Notes under the pieces: model-generated
Seen by the model: only the letters and a program-made list of their open reading frames with translations
Database searches by the model: none
Told to the model about the DNA's origin: nothing
NCBI GenBank assembly: GCA_964016885.1
Contig: OZ024747.1
Span: 51,398,001 to 51,462,000 of the forward strand
DNA from: Eledone cirrhosa
Lineage: Eukaryota
Direction: 5' to 3'
Length of the DNA: 64,000 nt
In this document: one piece after another, positions 56,979 through 64,000 of the stretch
Numbering within the stretch: position 1 is the stretch's first letter
How the letters are laid out: each line of letters starts with the position of its first letter
Program-made: the position numbers and the translations under genes

Positions 56979-58814
56979 ATGGCGGAAAAGATGGCAGACA
57001 TGTCTGCCATTAGCTCTGCCACGCCCCCCAAGTCTGAAGAACAAAAAATAATTACAACAAAATTAGACATTGAAACAAACAAACAAAATGAAAAAACAAA
57101 TGTTAAGGAAAATGAGCAAACAGAAAACAAACAAACAGAAAATAATACAAATAACGACAGGGCAACTTTCGCCCAGAAAACAAAGCAATCCATTACATAC
57201 ACACCAATTGACCTAACTGCCGCCAGAGAAAAACTGGCCGAAGCAAAGAAACATATTGTTTTGGGGGAAAACGGAATGTTTTCCATTAACTCCCCCCCAG
57301 AATTCAAGAAAGCCAGAGCAGAAAACACAGTTATATACAGAACTATACTAAACCAGTCAAGAAAGCCAGCACAGCCCAGCCAAATGGAAATAGAGTTAGT
57401 CCTAAAAGACTATATGAAGAATATTCTCTTCATACGAAAGGACCGACTCTATGGCAGCATTTCGGTCCTAACAAGAGACAAAGAAACGGCGGTTCAGCTT
57501 TCCCTAAGCCCACTCTCGTCGACAACATATAGCTTCTATCCCTCCTACATGGGTAGAAGAACTCAGAGAATAAAAGTAAAAACAATGCTGCCCACAATGG
57601 ACTTCTGGTGGGCTATTGCTGGCTTCATTGATATGGGCGAAGACACTATGCTGTCAATGGGGAAGGCAACTGGAGATGCGTTCCTGGGAATGGGCCTCGA
57701 CATACTAGTCCAAATGAGGCCCGAAAGAATAGCACAAATCCCGGATCGCATCTGGCTGGATGACCTTACCCCAATAGACATAATTGTAGAGGGGAGAAGA
57801 CCAGCATGCTATTTATGCATGGAAAGGGGACACGTTAAGGCTAACTGCCCGAAACGTATCCCCCAAAAAGGACTATTGCCCACACCCACCACAAACAGTA
57901 CACCAGCACCACCCACCTCCAAAAATACACTAATACCACACACAGCAAACAAAATACAGACACCACCAACCACAAACACAACACAAACATCACCACCACC
58001 AGCACCAAACACAAGCACGACACAAAAATCACCACCACCAACCACAACACAAACATCACCACCACCATTACCAACCACAAGCACGACACAAACATTACCA
58101 CCACCACCACCACAAAACCCATTCCAAACAAATAATAAAAAAAACAGTAACAAATCTACCCCTCCCGCAAAAAAAAAACAACCACACAACACGTCCCTCC
58201 CACCTAGCGCTGAAGAGTTTCCCCCAACTTCTGAAGAAGAAGGAGGAGAAGCCTTCAGACAAGTTAAAAGAAAAAAAAGAAAACACACACCCAGCACACC
58301 ACAAATAACCCACACACAAACACCAACTCCAATCAAAAACACCCCACCCTCAACAAACAAAAATAAATCTGCGCCTCCCCTCTCCGAAACATTGACAGCA
58401 TCACAAAAAAAGACGTTGCAATACACATATATAAATAAAGAAAACAAAAAACTGGTTAAATTAATAAACAATAACCCTATGGTGCAGACCGAAGGGCCAA
58501 ACTTTATCTCAACAGAGAACTTCACCCATTTAAAAATGATAAAGGTCCCTCTGGACCTTTATCGTTCCTTAAAAGAACAATTTAGACGGGACGTGAGCCC
58601 CCCCTGTTTAAAACCGTTGAATCGCGTCCTCTTGAAAGATTTCCCCATAACCGCCCCTCTCCCTGACACAACTCCAAATACCCCAACCCCACCACACACG
58701 TGTACCCCCACACCACCACAAAACATCCCTCCACCCAACACACCTGATGCCATGGAAATTACGCAACCCGGAGAGGTAAGTGCTTTTCTTTCTTCACTTT
58801 CAACACCAAAATAG
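56979..58814 (+). CDS. ORF1 (gag-like nucleic-acid-binding protein) of the Tx1-like LINE
   Basis: Open frame (ORF track 56952-58814; likely ATG at 56979 in GCAGCATGG). Contains VEGRRPACYLCMERGHVKANC (CX2CX4HX4C knuckle), a Pro/Thr-rich linker and a basic KRKKRK stretch. Confidence 0.9.
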   Translation: MAEKMADMSAISSATPPKSEEQKIITTKLDIETNKQNEKTNVKENEQTENKQTENNTNNDRATFAQKTKQSITYTPIDLTAAREKLAEAKKHIVLGENGMFSINSPPEFKKARAENTVIYRTILNQSRKPAQPSQMEIELVLKDYMKNILFIRKDRLYGSISVLTRDKETAVQLSLSPLSSTTYSFYPSYMGRRTQRIKVKTMLPTMDFWWAIAGFIDMGEDTMLSMGKATGDAFLGMGLDILVQMRPERIAQIPDRIWLDDLTPIDIIVEGRRPACYLCMERGHVKANCPKRIPQKGLLPTPTTNSTPAPPTSKNTLIPHTANKIQTPPTTNTTQTSPPPAPNTSTTQKSPPPTTTQTSPPPLPTTSTTQTLPPPPPQNPFQTNNKKNSNKSTPPAKKKQPHNTSLPPSAEEFPPTSEEEGGEAFRQVKRKKRKHTPSTPQITHTQTPTPIKNTPPSTNKNKSAPPLSETLTASQKKTLQYTYINKENKKLVKLINNNPMVQTEGPNFISTENFTHLKMIKVPLDLYRSLKEQFRRDVSPPCLKPLNRVLLKDFPITAPLPDTTPNTPTPPHTCTPTPPQNIPPPNTPDAMEITQPGEVSAFLSSLSTPK

Positions 58815-61800
58815 ATCAATTGAGAGTTGGCTGTTTGAACGCGCGTGGCCTGAGCTCAGCTTGGAAGCAAGCAAAGCTTCTAAGTGACCTCAGGTCACAA
58901 AGTATAGATGTGATGGTTGTTTGCGAGAGTCGGATCAGCAGCGTGAGACAGCTGGCGCCCGCCTTCGATGACTTTGAGATGCACGCATCTCTCTGTCAAC
59001 CCGGAGGCGGGGGGGGAGTTGCCGTACTGCTGGATAAACGTCTGACTCTCGACGTACAGATTGTTCACTCGGACCCGGGGGGTCGATTACTGGTGCTGGA
59101 CGTCGGAGGTGGTGAAGGCGGGGCTTTCAGACTGGTCGGTCTTTATGCTCCCTTCGGGGCGGAGAGAGCCGACTTCTTCCAACGTCTGGAGACTTTTCTA
59201 GGAACGTCGCGTTCCCTGCTTTTAGTGGGGGACTGGAATGGAATCCTAGATGCGCGTTGGGACTATGCAGGGGCATGTCCCGATAGAGGGGGGTGTAGCA
59301 GCCTCAAGGGGTTACTCGATCGATTCGACCTGGTCGATAGATTTCGACTAGATTGTCCAACTGCGCCAACCTGGACCTGGGCAAACCGCAGTGGACAATC
59401 TAGATCGTACCTAGATAGGTTTTTGGTTAGGAGTAAGGATAGGGACGTATTTAGTTGTCCAGAACTGATCATGGTTGGCTATTCAGATCACAAATTAGTG
59501 ACCTGCGTGGTCAACCTTGATAGAACGCATAGACAGGGTCCCGGTTACTGGAAGATGAACTTGTCCTTACCGACAAAGAAAGATTACAGAAACCGGATTA
59601 GTAGCTTAGTTAAGATGCGGTTGACGGGAGCGATCGTCAACAGCAGGTGGTGGGTATCTCTAAAGAGAGAGATTAGAGTAAGTTCGATAGGTTACAGTAA
59701 GGAACTAGCGGCGAATAGAAATAGGAGGGAAAGGGAGTTAACAGATAAACTAGAAGAGGCGATTAGGAGCGGAGACGTAGCCAGAGTGTTAGCGACGAGA
59801 ACGGCATTGAGCCAGTTCTTTGACGCGAAGCACGAAGGCTGCGTTGTCCGAAGTAAAATACGTGCTTTAGGAAACGAGGGGACCAAAGCTGTTAGCTGGG
59901 CCCGCGTGACAGAAGCCAAGAGTGGGATTAAATCCACCATTCGGTCTTTGCGAGACCAGGATGGACGGGTGATCCTTGAACCTGAGCGAATGTGCGAGAC
60001 CTTTCAAAGGCACTTTGCTCGACTGTTCGGAGGTGGCGGGGGGCCGGACGGGGATGTGGACTTCGGTCCATACCTCGACGGTCTACCGCGTCTTTCGAGC
60101 GGCGAAGCGGAGTGCTGCGAAGGGCCAATCACAGCCACTGAAATCGGGGAAGCGCTCAGCCAATGCAGCAGACGCAAATCCCCGGGTCTCGATGGTCTAC
60201 CATACGAACTTTATTTAGCTATGCCGGTCTTGTTCTCCGAACTCCTCGAGGCTGTCTATTGCAACTGGCAACAGAACGGGAGAATTCCCTGTTCTGTGAC
60301 CAAGGGCGTGGTCACGCTAGTGAGGAAGGACGAGAGCAAGGGGGACGACTTAAGTAACTTTAGGCCCATAACTCTGCTGAATGCAGAGTTACAGATTTTG
60401 GCCAAGGTGTTGACGAAGAGGTTGGCGCTTGTGGTGGGTGGTTTGGTGGGAGACGCGCAGACATGCGCTATCCCGTCCAGGTCCATTCACGACAACCTCC
60501 ACCTCATGCGATACATCATAGAGAGGGTTGGCTACGAACCCGGCTTTGGTGGGGCCCTGATCAACTTGGATCAATCTAAGGCGTTCGATAGGGTCGACCA
60601 TGGTTACCTGGATGCGGTGCTAGCGGCGGCGGGCTTCGGACCCGTTTTCAGGGGCTGGATTTCTGCCATGCACAGTGGCAACATCTACTCTAGGATTAAA
60701 GTAAACGGCTACCTCTCGGAGCCGTTTCAAATCACCCGATCCATCAGACAGGGGTGCCCCCTCTCCTCCCTTCTGTACGTATTGACTCTCGAGCCACTGC
60801 TGCGGAAGTTGGAGTTGCTGCGGGGCATACCCCTGGAACCGGGATTGCACAAAGCGGTCTCGGCCTATGCCGACGACGTAACAGTAATGGTGGCGGACGC
60901 CTCGGAAATCGGGGCGATCGCCACCCTACTGGAGGAATACGAAAGGCTGACGGGGGCTAAGCTGAACCAGGACAAGTCGGTCGGTTTGCAACTCGGAACG
61001 TGGAGGGGCAAACCGATGCCGTTGGACGGTGTCGTCGGGCGGTGGACGGAGGGCCCGGTGAAGCTGCTCGGGGTCTGGTTCGGACCGGACCTCCAGGTGG
61101 AGAAGAATTGGGGCGAGGTGACGAGCAGGGTGTTTGCGCTGACCCAGAAGTGGGCCAAGTGCAAACTATCACTGAAAGGTCGGGCGGAGGTGACGAACGC
61201 TTACATAGCGTCCGTCATCTACTACCGCCTGACCGTCGTGCCTTGCCCCAAGGAAAAGCTCACCATCATGGAACGCATGCTCTTCCAGTTCCTCTGGAAG
61301 AAGCGGCCTCCCATGGTGAGGAGATCCATCTGCTGCCAGCACCCTTCGAAAGGAGGGCTGGGTATGCCGTGGCTGTTGATGCGTAGGCACGCATTGAGGC
61401 TACGGCATCTACAGGTATTCCTCAACGGTCAGCCGGTGTGGGCCCCGTTTGTGAGGCGAGCCTTCCCACAGCTCGTCTCGCTCACCGAACTGCAATCCTG
61501 GGTGAAGCAAAGACCGAGAAAACTGGGCAACTGGCACACTGAGTGTGCCCAGGCGCTCACGGCTATCTGGCAAGCGGACCCGACTGTCAGTGGAGAATCC
61601 ACCTCGACATTCTATAGAGGGTTGGTGGCTAGCAGGGGCGACGACACCCTTGGAGAGTCGCTAGGCATGGAGGAGGACGAACTGGCCAGCCTGTTCGGTA
61701 GAACTTTCGGCCCGGGACCCATGGACAACTTCCAGAGGTCCCTAGCCTGGCAGTGTTACCGGGGGGCTCTGCCCGTTCGAGAAAAGCTCTACAGACACGG

Positions 61801-62248
61801 GCGCCCGGGCAGGGATCCCGCGAAAAAGATCTGTCCCAGATGCGTGCGCGACGAGGAAACCGTTGCGCATGCACTGGTACACTGCCCGGGCGTTGCCGAT
61901 CTGTGGGGCTACGTCGAACGACTGCTGTCGCGTGTGGCGCCGATTCGATTAACCGCCGAGTCTGTGGTGAACATCAAGCCGCCTCCTCCCTTCAGAAATG
62001 AAGCAGAGGCGGTCTTTCTGTGCGTAATAGCCATGATGAAAGAGGTTGTGTGGTGGACGCGCCTGAAAGGTCTGAGGTCGGGTGACTTTCTCTCCGGCCA
62101 TCACCTGGTTTACTTCTTCCGATACCACTTCGGAAGAAGAATCAGGATGGAGAGAGAAGTGCTTGGTCCCAGACAGTTTTATGAAAGGTGGGTGAAAGAA
62201 GCGAGAATGGCCCGTGTAAATGGGCCTTCTCTCTACATTGTTCTGTAG
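58811..62248 (+). CDS. ORF2 apurinic endonuclease - reverse transcriptase - C-terminal zinc finger
   Basis: 1142-aa uninterrupted frame. APE motifs LNARG, GDWN, SYLDR, SDH; RT motifs KSPGLDG, FRPITLLN, DQSKAFDRVDH, RQGCPLS, YADD, KLLG; C-terminal CPRC..EETVAHALVHC. The codon matching the ATG of sister copies is ATA (58811). Confidence 0.95.
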   Translation: MDQLRVGCLNARGLSSAWKQAKLLSDLRSQSIDVMVVCESRISSVRQLAPAFDDFEMHASLCQPGGGGGVAVLLDKRLTLDVQIVHSDPGGRLLVLDVGGGEGGAFRLVGLYAPFGAERADFFQRLETFLGTSRSLLLVGDWNGILDARWDYAGACPDRGGCSSLKGLLDRFDLVDRFRLDCPTAPTWTWANRSGQSRSYLDRFLVRSKDRDVFSCPELIMVGYSDHKLVTCVVNLDRTHRQGPGYWKMNLSLPTKKDYRNRISSLVKMRLTGAIVNSRWWVSLKREIRVSSIGYSKELAANRNRRERELTDKLEEAIRSGDVARVLATRTALSQFFDAKHEGCVVRSKIRALGNEGTKAVSWARVTEAKSGIKSTIRSLRDQDGRVILEPERMCETFQRHFARLFGGGGGPDGDVDFGPYLDGLPRLSSGEAECCEGPITATEIGEALSQCSRRKSPGLDGLPYELYLAMPVLFSELLEAVYCNWQQNGRIPCSVTKGVVTLVRKDESKGDDLSNFRPITLLNAELQILAKVLTKRLALVVGGLVGDAQTCAIPSRSIHDNLHLMRYIIERVGYEPGFGGALINLDQSKAFDRVDHGYLDAVLAAAGFGPVFRGWISAMHSGNIYSRIKVNGYLSEPFQITRSIRQGCPLSSLLYVLTLEPLLRKLELLRGIPLEPGLHKAVSAYADDVTVMVADASEIGAIATLLEEYERLTGAKLNQDKSVGLQLGTWRGKPMPLDGVVGRWTEGPVKLLGVWFGPDLQVEKNWGEVTSRVFALTQKWAKCKLSLKGRAEVTNAYIASVIYYRLTVVPCPKEKLTIMERMLFQFLWKKRPPMVRRSICCQHPSKGGLGMPWLLMRRHALRLRHLQVFLNGQPVWAPFVRRAFPQLVSLTELQSWVKQRPRKLGNWHTECAQALTAIWQADPTVSGESTSTFYRGLVASRGDDTLGESLGMEEDELASLFGRTFGPGPMDNFQRSLAWQCYRGALPVREKLYRHGRPGRDPAKKICPRCVRDEETVAHALVHCPGVADLWGYVERLLSRVAPIRLTAESVVNIKPPPPFRNEAEAVFLCVIAMMKEVVWWTRLKGLRSGDFLSGHHLVYFFRYHFGRRIRMEREVLGPRQFYERWVKEARMARVNGPSLYIVL

Positions 62249-62508
62249 GTGAAGAAGTGAAGAGGAAAGGGGGAGCGCCTCCTCTCTGGGCTTCCCCCGC
62301 GAAAAGAGTTGCACACTTTTCGGGGGTATGTGCAATCCCCAACACGCCCCCTCCCTTTTGAGGACTTTTTATTGTTATATTATTATTGTTATTCCTTTTT
62401 TCTTTACTCGATTTATGTAAACTCCCCCACTGTGTAAATGTCCCCTTCTTTTGTGCCCTCGTGGCAAATAAATAGAAATTTATCTATCTATCTATCTATC
62501 TATCTATA

Positions 62509-62567
<59 letters not shown>

Positions 62568-62577
62568 TACTCTCTCT

Positions 62578-62656
62578 TGAGGATGCCTTGTTATGTAAAC
62601 TCCCCCCATTGTACTTGTCCCACTTGTGATGCCCTGGCGGCAAATATAAAGAAAGT
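62578..62656 (+). mobile_element. Extremely 5'-truncated Tx1-like 3' end with 17-bp target-site duplication
   Basis: Resembles the 3'UTR of the adjacent LINE (TGTAAACTCCCCCC..GCCCTGGCGGC AAATATAAAGAAA). Flanked by TATCTATTACTCTCTCT at 62561-62577 and 62657-62673. Confidence 0.8.
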
Positions 62657-62725
62657 TATCTATTACTCTCTCTCTAACCATTTATCTAGCTATTTGTCCA
62701 ACTAATTACCTACCTACCTACCTAC

Positions 62726-62775
<50 letters not shown>

Positions 62776-62929
62776 ATCTATGTACCTATACCCAGTCGCT
62801 AGCTTACCTCAACAGACTAATGATTCATGATAAGTGTGTTCTATTACCATAGATAAATCAACATATCTGATATGGAAAGTTCATTACCTAAACCAGAAAC
62901 GTCCATCACAGATAAAAACTTCTATCACA

Positions 62930-63370
62930 AATGTAGAACTTCTATCAAAGATACAGAACTTGTAATAAATTTGTAGCCGGCGTTCTCGCTCTCTACTCCT
63001 CGCTTCCAAACAATATTGGGCCGACATCTTTTTCTTCGTTCTTCAACCAGCCAGGTAATAACCTGATCAGTGTGTTTTGTCTCAAGGATACTGTAGATAT
63101 ACCATAACAATCGAAGGTTTTCTCTGCAGAATGTTGTTGGAACAAGAGATTGCTGTGATCTGAGGCTGATCTCTTCATTCTACACAAAATCATTCAATTT
63201 GACAGTCAATATTTTACGTAGACATTTCATGTCGCAATCAATGCGTCTTTTCGTATTTAATGATACGTTTAAGGGAGATGTATCTAGAATGTTTAGCAGG
63301 CTGAGCAATGAATTAAAAGTGCCTTGCTTTTCCATTTTTAGTGTTGGCCTAGCAAACCAAAACGCCATAA
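62930..63370 (-). pseudogene. RTE-like LINE 3' relic
   Basis: KRRIDCDMKCLRKILTVKLNDFV and RRKRCRPNIVWKRGVE resemble an RTE RT C-terminus. Confidence 0.6.
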
Positions 63371-63577
63371 AACATCACTTACTTGTTGAAATACAATTGA
63401 ATTTGTCTATTGAAATATTATTAATTTTTTTTAAAAAAGGAAGCCATTTTATAATCCATTTGTTTTTCGTGTCATTTTAGATATATTTTACAATATTTTC
63501 ACTCCTGACTGAAGGGTTAGAATTTCATTTTCACTGAAAAATAGGTCAGCTTTATATACGTGTATATACAATCCATA

Positions 63578-63634
<57 letters not shown>

Positions 63635-63635
63635 G

Positions 63636-63678
<43 letters not shown>

Positions 63679-64000
63679 ATACACATACATATATGCATAT
63701 ATACATACAGATATTCATGTATTCATAGATACCCACAAATATATTCACGCATACATATACATATGCCTTCATACATAGATACTCTCGCTCGCACACACAC
63801 GCGCACGAACACACACACATATATATATATATATATAAATACACACATACATATATGCATATATACATACACATATTCATTTATTCATACATACGAACAC
63901 ATACATGTATTCATACAAACATACATATGTATGTAAATATGCACGTATACACAGACATACATTCACACATGCGTAAATATATGGAGACAAACACACACAC

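Larger units (their letters stand above)
56777..62480 (+). mobile_element. Full-length, near-intact Tx1/L1-clade non-LTR retrotransposon inserted in a (TATC)n microsatellite
   Basis: 5'UTR, ORF1 with CCHC knuckle, ORF2 APE-RT-zinc finger, and a 3'UTR ending GCCCTCGTGGC-AAATAAATAGAAAT; (TATC)n lies directly on both sides (about 56746-56776 and 62481-62566). Confidence 0.95.

Noticed and set aside
58776-58814. GTAAGT...polypyrimidine...TAG mini-intron that might fuse ORF1 to ORF2
   Set aside because: Only 39 nt, and its removal leads to ATC AAT TGA, which is out of frame with ORF2.
57563-62345. Many antisense and alternative-frame ORFs within the LINE
   Set aside because: Shadow ORFs of GC-rich or low-complexity coding sequence.

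Overview
Repeat-saturated, AT-rich animal genomic DNA with no recognisable host exon; the SINE and microsatellite content suggests an octopod cephalopod (inference). Three layers are visible. (1) Tx1/L1-clade non-LTR retrotransposons: one near-intact copy (56777-62480), two decayed copies (21825-27608 and 40548-43865) and two short 3' ends. They sit in (TATC)n or (TTA)n microsatellites, which suggests microsatellite target specificity. (2) Many tRNA-derived SINEs, RTE fragments, two Helitron-like non-autonomous elements, and very long micro- and minisatellites that produce most of the spurious ORFs. (3) A dense set of small non-coding elements anchored in (TA)n tracts that carry minimal type I hammerhead ribozymes (HHRs): more than ten motifs from several unrelated families. 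These occur as tandem retrozyme-like repeats (a 564-nt unit bounded by two intact HHRs at 11777-12422), as 419-422 bp monomers with terminal redundancy, and as fold-back palindromes with two opposed HHRs. All ribozyme folds were drawn by eye and have not been tested computationally or biochemically.
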